64,000 bases of DNA from positions 28,329-92,328 of the forward strand of contig CAVWZX010000004.1 in NCBI GenBank assembly GCA_963759595.1. The letters are read 5' to 3'. The notes below the pieces were generated by a model. That model worked only from the letters and a program-made list of their open reading frames with translations. It was not told the origin of the DNA and ran no database searches. This stretch comes from an uncultured Actinomycetota bacterium (GTDB lineage: Bacteria; Actinomycetota; Actinomycetes; Actinomycetales; Dermatophilaceae). Positions 55,294 through 64,000 of this stretch are shown piece by piece (the stretch's first letter is position 1; the number at the start of each line of letters is the position of its first letter). The position numbers were made by a program, and so were the translations under genes.

Positions 55294-56311
55294 ATGATCC
55301 ACGCACGAGGTCTGGTGCAGACCTTCCAGACGCGCGAGGGCAAGAAGAAGACGCAGGTACGAGCCGTCGACGGCGTCGACCTGGACGTGGCCGAAGGCGA
55401 GGTGGTCGGCTTCCTCGGACCCAACGGCGCGGGCAAGACCACCACGCTGCGCATGCTCACGACGCTGCTGCGGCCCACCGAGGGGACCGCGACCGTCGCG
55501 GGCTACGACGTCGTGAAGGAGTCGGAGAAGGTGCGCCGCAGCATCGGCTACGTCTCGCAGAGCGGGTCCACCGGCCAGTTCGCTCGGGCCGGCGACGAGG
55601 TCATCGACCACGGCATGCTCTACGGGATGACCGCCGCCGACGCGCGCCGGCGGGGCCAGGACCTGTTCAGCCAGCTCGACCTCGACGGGCTGTGGGGGCG
55701 TCAGCCCAAGACCATGTCGGGCGGCCAGCGCCGGCGCCTCGACATCGTCATGGGGCTGATCCACGAGCCGACCCTCGTCTTCCTCGACGAACCGACCACG
55801 GGCCTCGACCCGCAGGCCCGGGCCAACCTCTGGACTCACATCGCCGACCTGCGCAAGCGTCGCGGTGCCACGGTCTTTCTCACCACCCATTACCTCGACG
55901 AGGCGGACGTGCTGAGCGACCGGATCGTCATCATCGACCACGGCAGGATCATCGCCGCCGACACCAGCGACAACCTCAAGGCGCAGGTGTCCGGCGACCT
56001 GGTCGACCTCGAGGTCGCGGATCCCGACCTGGTCGCCGAGGCGGCCAAGCGGCTCGACGCCATCGCCGAGGCCGGACACGACGGCGCTGCGTCGGTCGAG
56101 ACCGACGGCAACCACGTCCGGGCCCGGGTGCAGCGCGCCGGCAAGGCGGTGCCCGGCCTGCTGAGCGACCTGCGGACCGCTGACATCGACCTCGAGTCGA
56201 TCGAGGTGCACCGCGCCCACCCTCGACGACGTCTTCCTCACCCTCACCGGCCGGTCGCTGCGCGACGCGGAGTCCACCGCTCCGGCCGACCCGACCTCGA
56301 AGGAGAAGTGA
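55294..56311 (+). CDS. DrrA-like ABC exporter ATP-binding protein (frameshift near 56215)
   Basis: GPNGAGKTT, MSGGQRRRLD, LDEPTTGLDP; second frame PTLDDVFLTLTG. Confidence 0.88.
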
Positions 56312-56312
56312 C

Positions 56313-57068
56313 ATGCGGTTCCTGCGCGAGTCGTTCATCGTCTTCCGCCGCCAGCTGCGGATGAACCTGCGCAACCCCGCGTGGGTGCTCATCGGCCTGA
56401 TGCAGCCGATCCTCTATCTCTTCCTCTTCGGGCCACTGCTCAAGCCGATGGCCCGGCAGCTCGGGCTACGAGAACAGCTGGACCTTCTTCGTCCCCGGCA
56501 TGCTCATCCAGCTCGGGATGTTCGGCGCCTTCTTCGCCGGCTTCGGGCTCATCTCCGAGTGGCGCGACGGCGTCATCGAGGCCGAGCGCGTCACCCCGGC
56601 CAACCGGACCGCCCTCTCATGGGCCGGCTCTGGCGCGACCTGCTCCAGCTCTTCGTCCAGGCCCTCGTCCTGGTCGGCCTCGGCTACTGGGTGGGGATGG
56701 AGGCACCGCTTCGAGGAGTCGTGTTCGGCGTCCTGCTCACGCTGCTCGTCGGTGGTGCCTGCGCCGCCGCCTCCAACGCGCTGGCCCTGACCACCAAGAG
56801 CGAGGACGTCATGGCGCCGGTCATCAACGTCGTGATGATGCCGGTGCTGCTGCTCTCGGGCATCCTGCTGCCGATGACGCTCGGGCCGGGCTGGCTGCAG
56901 CGGACCAGTGACTTCATGCCGTTCCGCTGGATCACCGACGCCGTGCGCGGGTCGTTCCTCGGCGACTTCGGCGCCGATGCCCTGATGTGGGGCACCCTGT
57001 GGGCCGTGGGCCTGTTCGCGATCGCCCTGTGGTGGGGCACCGCGACCTTCCGCAGGGAGAACGCCTAG
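56313..57068 (+). CDS. DrrB-like ABC-2 permease (compensating frameshifts)
   Basis: GLMQPILYL, GVIEAERVTP, LLLSGILLP. Confidence 0.85.
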   Translation: MRFLRESFIVFRRQLRMNLRNPAWVLIGLMQPILYLFLFGPLLKPMARQLGLREQLDLLRPRHAHPARDVRRLLRRLRAHLRVARRRHRGRARHPGQPDRPLMGRLWRDLLQLFVQALVLVGLGYWVGMEAPLRGVVFGVLLTLLVGGACAAASNALALTTKSEDVMAPVINVVMMPVLLLSGILLPMTLGPGWLQRTSDFMPFRWITDAVRGSFLGDFGADALMWGTLWAVGLFAIALWWGTATFRRENA

Positions 57069-57083
57069 TCTCCCAGCGCCATC

Positions 57084-57126
57084 CGAGAGGTATGCCGCGT
57101 GGCTGAGCCACGCGGCATACCTCTCG
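57084..57126. repeat. Inverted pair of the GTATGCCG motif (hairpin between convergent genes)
   Basis: CGAGAGGTATGCCGCGTGGCT-g-AGCCACGCGGCATACCTCTCG. Confidence 0.9.
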
Positions 57127-57143
57127 TGCCTGGAGGGCCGAGT

Positions 57144-58025
57144 TCAGCTGGCCTTCTTGGCAGCCTTCTTCGTGGCGGTCTTCGTGGCGGTCTTCTTGGC
57201 GGTCGACTTCTTCGCCGCTGACTTCTTGGTGTCGGTCGTGGACTCGCCGCGGGACGCCTTGGCCTTGTCGACCGACTTCTTGAGCGCCGCGAGCAGGTCG
57301 ACGACCTCGCCCGACTCGTCCTTGGACTCCGGGGCGAACTGGACCTCGCCGCCCTCGACCTTGGCCTTGACGAGGGACTGCAGCGCCGCGGCGTAGTCGT
57401 CCTCGTAGTCGTCGGGCACGTAGTCACCGGCGAGCTGTTCGATGAGCAGGTCGGCCATCGCGAGCTCCTGCTTGGTCGCCTTGCCCTCGTCGTCGAGGGT
57501 CGCGAAGTCTGGCTTGCGGATCTCGTCCGGCCACAACATGGTCTGCATGAGGATCACGCCCTCGTGGACCCGCAGCACTGCCATCGTCATCCGGGTGCGG
57601 ATCGAGACGGTGACCACGGCGACGCGGTTCTCCTTCTCGAGGGCGTCGCGCAGCAGGATGTAGGGCTTGGTCGAGGCCTTGTCGGGCTCGAGGTAGTAGG
57701 ACTTGTCGTAGAGCATCGGGTCGATCTGCTCGGCGGGCACGAACTTCTCGACCGAGATCTCCTTGCTGCTCGTCGCCGGCAGGTCCTTGAAGTCCTCGTC
57801 GGTGAGGACCACCATCTCGCCGTCCTCGGTCTCGTAGCCCTTCGCGATGTCGTCGTAGGACACGATCTCGCCGTCGATGCTGCAGACCCGCTGGTACTTG
57901 ATGCGGCCACCGTCCTCCCGGTGGACCTGGCGGAACTGCACGTCGTGGTTCTCGGTGGCTGAGTAGAGACGGATCGGCACGTTCACCAGACCGAACGACA
58001 CCGCGCCCTTCCAGATTGCTCGCAT
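57144..58025 (-). CDS. ku: Non-homologous end joining protein Ku
   Basis: MRAIWKGAVSFGLVNVP, Lys/Ala-rich tail. Confidence 0.96.
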   Translation of the reverse strand: MRAIWKGAVSFGLVNVPIRLYSATENHDVQFRQVHREDGGRIKYQRVCSIDGEIVSYDDIAKGYETEDGEMVVLTDEDFKDLPATSSKEISVEKFVPAEQIDPMLYDKSYYLEPDKASTKPYILLRDALEKENRVAVVTVSIRTRMTMAVLRVHEGVILMQTMLWPDEIRKPDFATLDDEGKATKQELAMADLLIEQLAGDYVPDDYEDDYAAALQSLVKAKVEGGEVQFAPESKDESGEVVDLLAALKKSVDKAKASRGESTTDTKKSAAKKSTAKKTATKTATKKAAKKAS

Positions 58026-58106
58026 GACCCGATCTTCCCGTATGCCGCGCGAGGTGTCGACGTGTTGGCGCCAGTCGCTACCGACGTGGCCTGCGAAGAT
58101 GGCCCC

Positions 58107-59051
58107 ATGCGCCCCATGCTGGCCAGCCCGGCCACCTTCATCCCGTCCGGTGAGGACTGGATCCACGAGGTGAAGTGGGATGGCATGCGAGTGCTTGCGG
58201 ACGTCAAGGACGGCGTGCTGACGCTGACCTCCCGCATCGGCAACGACGTGACCGTCAGCTACCCCGAGCTGGCGGAGCTGGCCACGTCGTACGACGACAT
58301 GCTGCTCGACGGGGAGGTCGTCGCCCTCGAGGGCGGTCGCCCCTCGTTCGGGGCGCTCGCCGACCGGATGCACGTCCGCGACCGGCGCAAGGCGGAGCGG
58401 CTGGCGACCGTGCGGCCGGTGACCCTGATGGTCTTCGACCTCTTGCGCCTCTACGGGTCCGACCTGACCAGCCAGCCGTTGTCCGCGCGACGAGAGCTGC
58501 TCGACCGGCTCGACCTGTCGGGGCGGCACTGGCAGGTGCCCCCTGTCTACGACGACGGCCAGGAGCTCTTCGCGGCCACCCTCGAGCAGGGCCTCGAGGG
58601 TGTGGTCAGCAAGCGGCTGTCGGCGCCCTACCTGCCTGGCCGGCGCTCCACCGACTGGCTCAAGTCGCCGCACCGCGCGACGCTGTCTGCCGTGGTCGGC
58701 GGCTGGCGCCCGGAGAAGACCAACGACTCGGGACGGCTGGGGGCGGTGCTCCTGGGCGTGCCCGACGGCGCCGGCGGGTGGCGGTTCGCGGGTCGGATGG
58801 GTAGCGGTATCGCCGGACGCGCGGCGGTCCAGCTCGCCGAGGCCCTCGCCCCCCACACCCGGCCCGACTCACCGTTCAGCGACGAGGTGCCGCGCATCGA
58901 CAGCGTCGGGGCGACCTGGGTCGACCCGGTGGTCGTCGTCGAGGCGCGCACCCTGGAGGTGACCCGCGACGGGAGGCTGCGCCAGCCGGCATACCTCGGC
59001 ATCCGCGCCGACCTGACCCCCGACGACCTGCAGGAGACGGACGGTGCCTGA
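58107..59051 (+). CDS. ligD: NHEJ ATP-dependent DNA ligase (LigD ligase domain)
   Basis: EVKWDGMR, LDGEVV, FDLL, EGVVSK, LRQP. Confidence 0.88.
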   Translation: MRPMLASPATFIPSGEDWIHEVKWDGMRVLADVKDGVLTLTSRIGNDVTVSYPELAELATSYDDMLLDGEVVALEGGRPSFGALADRMHVRDRRKAERLATVRPVTLMVFDLLRLYGSDLTSQPLSARRELLDRLDLSGRHWQVPPVYDDGQELFAATLEQGLEGVVSKRLSAPYLPGRRSTDWLKSPHRATLSAVVGGWRPEKTNDSGRLGAVLLGVPDGAGGWRFAGRMGSGIAGRAAVQLAEALAPHTRPDSPFSDEVPRIDSVGATWVDPVVVVEARTLEVTRDGRLRQPAYLGIRADLTPDDLQETDGA

Positions 59052-59925
59052 GCGCTACTCACCCCAGGTGACCCGCGTCGAGGTGGCGGGGCGCACCCTC
59101 AAGCTCACCAGCCTCGACAAGCTGCTCTATCCGTCGACGGAGACGACCAAGGGCGAGGTGCTCAGCTACTACGCGCAGGTCGCCGACGTGCTGCTCCCCC
59201 ACCTCGCCGACCGCGCGCTGACCCGGGTGCGGTGGCCGCACGGGACGGGCGACCAGAGCTTCTTCGAGAAGAACCTGCCGTCGGGCGCGCCGGCGTGGCT
59301 GCCGCGGGTGAGGTTCGACGACGTGACTTACCCGATGGTGGAGGACCTCGCGCAGCTCACCTACCTGGTGAACCTGAACTCCATCGAGCTGCACATCCCC
59401 CAGTGGCGGGTCCACGAGGGCGAGCGCGCGCACCCCGACCGGCTGGTGATCGACCTCGACCCGGGCTCGCCGGCCGGGCTGAAGGAGTGCGCCCGGGTCG
59501 CGCTCATGGTGCGCGACCGGCTGGGGGAGCTCGGGCTCGACCTCTACCCGGTGACCAGTGGTAGCAAGGGAATGCAGCTCTACGCGACTCTGCCCGGCGA
59601 CCTCACTTCCGACCAGACCCGTGACCTCGCGCAGCAGCTCGCGCAGGAGCTGACCAAGAGGCACCCCGACCTGATCGTCTGGAAGATGACCAAGTCGCTG
59701 CGCCCGGGGAAGATCTTCCTCGACTGGAGCCAGAACGTCGCTGCCAAGACGACCATCAGCCCCTACTCGTTGCGCGGCAAGGAGACTCCGACGGTCGCAG
59801 CCCCGCGTTCGTGGGACGAGGTCGAAGCGGGCGCCGAAGGTGCGAAGTTCGAGCAGCTGATGTTCGACGAGGTGCTCGACCGGCTCGAGTCCGACGGCGA
59901 CCTGCTGGCCGACCTGCTGGGCTAG
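59044..59925 (+). CDS. ligD: LigD polymerase (primase) domain protein
   Basis: FFEKN, DRLVIDLDP, TSGSKG, FLDWSQN, PYSLR. Confidence 0.88.
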   Translation: MPERYSPQVTRVEVAGRTLKLTSLDKLLYPSTETTKGEVLSYYAQVADVLLPHLADRALTRVRWPHGTGDQSFFEKNLPSGAPAWLPRVRFDDVTYPMVEDLAQLTYLVNLNSIELHIPQWRVHEGERAHPDRLVIDLDPGSPAGLKECARVALMVRDRLGELGLDLYPVTSGSKGMQLYATLPGDLTSDQTRDLAQQLAQELTKRHPDLIVWKMTKSLRPGKIFLDWSQNVAAKTTISPYSLRGKETPTVAAPRSWDEVEAGAEGAKFEQLMFDEVLDRLESDGDLLADLLG

Positions 59926-60580
59926 GACCCGCCGCCGCGGTCACCAGGGGAGGCGAGCCGCGGGCAGCCGGAGCACTCGTGCACTCCCGGCAGGACGTAG
60001 ATGAAGCAGCACGAGCCTCGCTGCGGGGGTCGCTGACCACTGGCCCTGGCCAGGGTCATCGCCCAGACGTCGTCGACCATGGCCCGTCGCGTGCGTTCAC
60101 CCAGCTTCACCTCGGAGCGGTAGCCGAGCGCCAGCTCGATCGCGTCGACCCGGTATGCCGCGCGTGCGGCTTCCAGCCGGTCGTCCAGCAGCGCCGGCGT
60201 CACCCGTGGTCGCTCGAACCGGGCTGCCACGGGGTAGAGCTGGCTCGGCTGCAGGTCGAAGCTCAGCCCCGCCTCGAAGGGGTGCACGACCCACGGGTGG
60301 TGCCGCGCGGCATACACACCTGTCTCGGCGGCGACCTCGAGAGTCCACTGCAGCACGAAGGCCGAAGGCATGGAGGCGGGCACCACCGCGGCGTACTGCC
60401 GGGCCGTCGACTGCCCGAGTCGTTTCCGCCAGTCGCGCAACGGGTCGCCGCCGGCACGTTGGTTCTCGACGATTTCCCGCCACTTCCAGGAAAGTATTGG
60501 ATCTCCTGCTACGCCCGGAAGTATTGGATCTCCTGCTACGCCCGGAAGTGCCGGAGAACCCTCAGGAACGTGGGTGACCT
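59922..60580 (-). CDS. FhuF-like (2Fe-2S)-binding protein, N-terminus uncertain
   Basis: C-terminal RGSCCFIY..ECSGCP. Confidence 0.6.
60492..60549. repeat. Perfect 27-bp tandem duplication
   Basis: AAGTATTGGATCTCCTGCTACGCCCGG x2 plus AAGT. Confidence 0.9.
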
Positions 60581-60586
60581 CCAGGG

Positions 60587-60916
60587 TCAGTGCGCCTTGT
60601 CGTAGGCCGCTTGCACCTCGGCCGAAATACGTCCGCGGTCGCTGACCTGGTGACCGTTGGAACGCGCCCACTCGCGCACGTCTCCGAGGTCACGCTTGGC
60701 CGATCCACGTCCGGCGGACGGCCGTCCGCCGGCCCGACGACCACCGGAACGCCGCGCGTGGCCGACGTACGGGGCCAACGCATCACGCAGTGCCGCAGCG
60801 TTCTTGCCGTTGAGGTCGATCTCGTAGGAGACGCCGTCGAGGGCGAACGTCACGGTCTCGTCCGCGTCCGAACCGTCGATGTCATCCTCGAGCACAATGT
60901 TCACGCGCTGGGCCAT
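60587..60916 (-). CDS. lsr2: Nucleoid-associated protein Lsr2
   Basis: EDDIDG, YEIDL, VREWARSNG, DRGRI. Confidence 0.96.
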   Translation of the reverse strand: MAQRVNIVLEDDIDGSDADETVTFALDGVSYEIDLNGKNAAALRDALAPYVGHARRSGGRRAGGRPSAGRGSAKRDLGDVREWARSNGHQVSDRGRISAEVQAAYDKAH

Positions 60917-61004
60917 GGGAATTCCTCTCGGCATTCAATGGACTGAATGCGCCAAAGATAGTGGCCGCGAGCGATTGTTCACAAATGGCAACCGAAAAGG
61001 TAGC

Positions 61005-61220
61005 TCAAGAAATCTTCCCGCCATTGACCGAATGGCCGGTCTCGCCTTTCGCGGCGGACCTTTCGGCATCCTTCTCCTCGGGATGTTCTGCGTCCCACTG
61101 CGAGTGGGCGAGGCGTTCCTTGCGGTCGCCTTCGATCATGTTCTTGATCACGAGCCAGAAGAGGAACCCCACCCCCGCCGACGGGATGAGGGCGGCGACG
61201 TAGGGCCAGACACCGCTCAT
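61005..61220 (-). CDS. Small membrane protein
   Basis: MSGVWPYVAALIPSAGVGFLFWLVIKNMIEGDRKER; ATG overlaps lysS stop. Confidence 0.75.
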   Translation of the reverse strand: MSGVWPYVAALIPSAGVGFLFWLVIKNMIEGDRKERLAHSQWDAEHPEEKDAERSAAKGETGHSVNGGKIS

Positions 61221-62746
61221 CGCGACACCTCGGGCTTCAGGTGGGGGAACAAGATCGTCTCGCGGATGCTGGCGTCGGTGAACAGCATCACGAGCCGGTC
61301 GACGCCGAACCCCAGACCACCCATCGGTGGCGCGCCGTACTCGAGCGCCCGCAGGAAGTCCTCGTCGAGCTGCATCGCCTCCGGGTCTCCACCGGCGGCC
61401 CTCACCGACTGGGCCGTCAGCACCTCGCGCTGGACCACGGGGTCGATGAGCTCGGAGAACCCCGTCCCCCGCTCGACCCCGCCGATGATGAGGTCCCAGG
61501 CCTCGATGAGTCCCGGCTCGCTGCGGTGCGGGCGCGCCAGCGGCTGGGCGATCGCGGGGTAGTCGCACAGGAAGGTCGGCTGCATCAGCCCCGGCTCGAC
61601 CAGCTCGCCGAGCAGCTCGAGGAACACCTTGTCCTTGTCCCACGAGGGGTCTAGGACGACGTCGTGCTTCGCGGCATACCCGCGCAGCGTCTCCACGTCG
61701 GTGTCCACGGTGACCGTCTCACCGACCGCCTCGGAGACCCCCTGGTAGACCGGCAGCCAGCGCCACTCGCCGTCGAGGTCCACCGTCCCCGCCGCGGTCT
61801 CGACCTTGCGCGACCCGAGCGCGTCGGCGACACCGAGGAAGATGTCGCGCATCAGGGCCGCGATCGTGGTCTGGTCGCCGTAGGCCTGGTACGCCTCCAG
61901 CATCGTGAACTCGGGGCTGTGGGTCGCGTCGACGCCCTCGTTGCGGAAGATGCGGCCCATCTCGTAGACCCGGTCGACACCTCCGACAACGGCCTTCTTG
62001 AGGTTGAGCTCCAACGCGATCCGCAGGGTCATCTCCTGGTCGAAGGCGTTCATGTGGGTGCGGAACGGGCGCGCCGCCGCACCACCGTGGATCAGCTGGA
62101 TGATCGGGGTCTCCACCTCGAGGTAGCCCTGCCCCTCGAGCACGCCGCGGATGGCCGACAGGGCGCGTGCCTTGGTGCGCACCATGTCACGCGCCTCCTG
62201 CCGGACGATGAGGTCGGCATAGCGCTGGCGCACCCGCGACTCCTCGGACAGGTCCTTGTGCAGCACCGGCAGCGGGCGCAGGGCCTTGGACGCCATCTCC
62301 CAGCGGGTCGCCATGACCGACAGCTCACCGCGGCGGCTGCTGATCACCCGACCCTCGACGAAGACGTGGTCACCGAGGTCGACCGTCGACTTCCAGTCGG
62401 CGAGCGCCTCCTCGCCCACCTCCGCCAGGCTGAGCATGACCTGCAGCCGCGTGCCGATACCCTCCTGGAGCGTGGCGAAAGCGAGCTTGCCGGTGTTGCG
62501 GATGAAGATCACGCGGCCGGCGACGCCCACGACGTCCTGGGTCTCCTCGCCGGTCTCGAGCTGTCCCCACTGCTCGCGCACGTCGGCGAGGGTGTGGGTG
62601 CGCGCCACCTCGACGGGGAACGCCTGCTTGCCCTCGGCCAGCAACCGGTCGCGCTTCTCCCGACGCACCTTCATCTGCTCGGGCAGGTCGGCATCGGGTG
62701 GGGTCGCCACGGGGGTGGCGTCGGTTGTGCTGGGGGTCTGGCTCAC
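61217..62746 (-). CDS. lysS: Lysine--tRNA ligase
   Basis: HGGAAARPF, FRNEG, HSPEFTMLE, GVDRL, ILFP. Confidence 0.96.
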   Translation of the reverse strand: MSQTPSTTDATPVATPPDADLPEQMKVRREKRDRLLAEGKQAFPVEVARTHTLADVREQWGQLETGEETQDVVGVAGRVIFIRNTGKLAFATLQEGIGTRLQVMLSLAEVGEEALADWKSTVDLGDHVFVEGRVISSRRGELSVMATRWEMASKALRPLPVLHKDLSEESRVRQRYADLIVRQEARDMVRTKARALSAIRGVLEGQGYLEVETPIIQLIHGGAAARPFRTHMNAFDQEMTLRIALELNLKKAVVGGVDRVYEMGRIFRNEGVDATHSPEFTMLEAYQAYGDQTTIAALMRDIFLGVADALGSRKVETAAGTVDLDGEWRWLPVYQGVSEAVGETVTVDTDVETLRGYAAKHDVVLDPSWDKDKVFLELLGELVEPGLMQPTFLCDYPAIAQPLARPHRSEPGLIEAWDLIIGGVERGTGFSELIDPVVQREVLTAQSVRAAGGDPEAMQLDEDFLRALEYGAPPMGGLGFGVDRLVMLFTDASIRETILFPHLKPEVSR

Positions 62747-62807
62747 CCGCAAAGGGTACCGACCGGCATACAGTGCCCCGCATGGCGGGGAAGGGGCCGG
62801 GCTGAGG

Positions 62808-63701
62808 TCAGTCGACGAGGTCGAGTGCCAGGTCGAGGATCGGCGAGGAGTGGGTCAGGCCTCCGACCGACAGGTAGTCGACGCCCGTCTCGGCGTACTC
62901 CCGGGCCACCTGCAGCGTGAGCCCGCCCGTCGCCTCGAGCTCGACGTCCTCACCCGTGGCCCGCACGGCCTGCACAGTCTCACGCAGCAGCTGCGGAGAC
63001 ATGTTGTCGCACAGCAGGAACCGCGCCCCGACCGCGACCGACTCCAGAGCCTCCTGCGTCGTGGTGACCTCGACCTGGATGGGCACGTCGGGGAACTTCG
63101 TCAGCACCGCGGCATACGCCTTGCTCAGCGAGCCGGCGGCGAGCTTGTGGTTGTCCTTGATCATGGCCACGTCGTAGAGGCCCATCCGCTTGTTGGTCCC
63201 CCCGCCCGCACGGACGGCGTACTTCTCCAGGGCCCGCAGGCCGGGCGTGGTCTTGCGGGTGTCGAGCACGGTGGCGCCGGTGCCTTCGAGCCGCTGCGCC
63301 CACGCACGGGTGTGCGTCGCGATCCCGGACAGCCGGCACACGATGTTGAGCATGGTGCGCTCGCCGACGAGGGTGACCTGGGTCGAGCCCTCCAGCGCGG
63401 CAACCACGTCACCCTTGCTGACGACGTCGCCGTCGCGGTGCGTGGTCGTGACGTGCAGTGGTGGCGCGCCGATCCGCCTGGCCACCTCCTCGAAGACCAT
63501 GGCGATGACCGGTATGCCGGCCAGCGCGCCGTCCTCGCGCGCGACGACGTGGGCGCTGCTCACCTGTTCGACCGGGATGGTGGCAGCGCTCGTCACGTCG
63601 ACACCGTCGGGGCCACCGAGGTCCTCGTCTAGGGCGATCCGGATGAGGGTGTGGGCATCCGTGTCGGGAAACTGCAGATCGGCGGAGCGCGGGTCGGTCA
63701 T
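62808..63701 (-). CDS. nadC: Nicotinate-nucleotide pyrophosphorylase (QPRTase)
   Basis: DTRKTTPGLR, MIKDNH, CDNM, ATGG. Confidence 0.94.
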   Translation of the reverse strand: MTDPRSADLQFPDTDAHTLIRIALDEDLGGPDGVDVTSAATIPVEQVSSAHVVAREDGALAGIPVIAMVFEEVARRIGAPPLHVTTTHRDGDVVSKGDVVAALEGSTQVTLVGERTMLNIVCRLSGIATHTRAWAQRLEGTGATVLDTRKTTPGLRALEKYAVRAGGGTNKRMGLYDVAMIKDNHKLAAGSLSKAYAAVLTKFPDVPIQVEVTTTQEALESVAVGARFLLCDNMSPQLLRETVQAVRATGEDVELEATGGLTLQVAREYAETGVDYLSVGGLTHSSPILDLALDLVD

Positions 63702-64000
63702 GACAGGTCCTGTTCGGGAACGGGTTCGAAGGTGGTGGACAGGGACCCGTCCCGCCCGCGGACGACCAAGGTGTGTCCACGCCACCGCGGATCGACCTGC
63801 TGCGGGTGGTCGCTGCGCACGTGCCCGCCCCGCGTCTCCTCGCGCAGCGAGGCGGCCAGGGTCAGCACCTGCCCGATGTGCAGCAGGTTGGTCGTCTCCC
63901 ACGACTGCGGCCCGGGCTCTGTCGACGTCGCAGCGAGCGCCAGGTCATGTAGGGCGGCTGCCGTGGCACCGAGGGACGAGGCCGAGCGGACGGCGCCGGA
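63698..64000 (-). CDS. nadB: L-aspartate oxidase, C-terminal part (window edge)
   Basis: Hand translation WETTNLL..ASLREETRGGHVRSDHP; stop overlaps nadC start. Confidence 0.85.
   Translation of the reverse strand, partial: SGAVRSASSLGATAAALHDLALAATSTEPGPQSWETTNLLHIGQVLTLAASLREETRGGHVRSDHPQQVDPRWRGHTLVVRGRDGSLSTTFEPVPEQDLS

Noticed and set aside
57144-59925. Split LigD (separate ligase and polymerase genes) next to ku as a novelty
   Set aside because: A common arrangement in actinobacteria.
60931-60950. GCATTCA/TGAATGC inverted repeat upstream of lsr2
   Set aside because: Short, with no assignable regulator; the AT-rich context is expected for this promoter.
165-63519. GTATGCCG as a Chi/KOPS-like or HIP1-like motif
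   Set aside because: No strand skew (22 vs 23) argues against Chi/KOPS, and it is not palindromic like HIP1; a methyltransferase-linked origin is not excluded.

Overview
High-GC actinobacterial chromosome segment (gene order resembles the Mycobacterium Rv0495-Rv0510 and radA-disA-clpC-lsr2-lysS blocks; Micrococcales/Intrasporangiaceae-like by inference). It is mostly core genes: hemC-hemA-rex, a BldN/SigD-type ECF sigma with anti-sigma, bS22, proC/PRODH, ppx, radA-disA-mutY, clpC, paaK, a MoxR-DUF58-VWA operon, nei, ku/ligD, lsr2, lysS and nadCB. Accessory inserts are a secreted M36 protease, an uncharacterised 3-gene cassette (repeat protein, metzincin, HEAT-like protein) and a ~6.7 kb island encoding a ~1800-aa secreted protein (nuclease-like N-terminus, GDPH-VWD domain, eight 112-aa repeats). 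More than 20 single-base frameshifts in conserved genes indicate a noisy, probably long-read, consensus. The most striking unexplained signal is the non-palindromic 8-mer GTATGCCG/CGGCATAC. I counted at least 45 exact copies by eye (about 1 per 1.4 kb), balanced between strands. It sits inside genes where it forces rare codons (ATA, TAT) and forms inverted pairs between convergent genes, the pattern of a DNA-uptake-sequence-like genome tag. No rRNA, tRNA, CRISPR array or transposase was seen.
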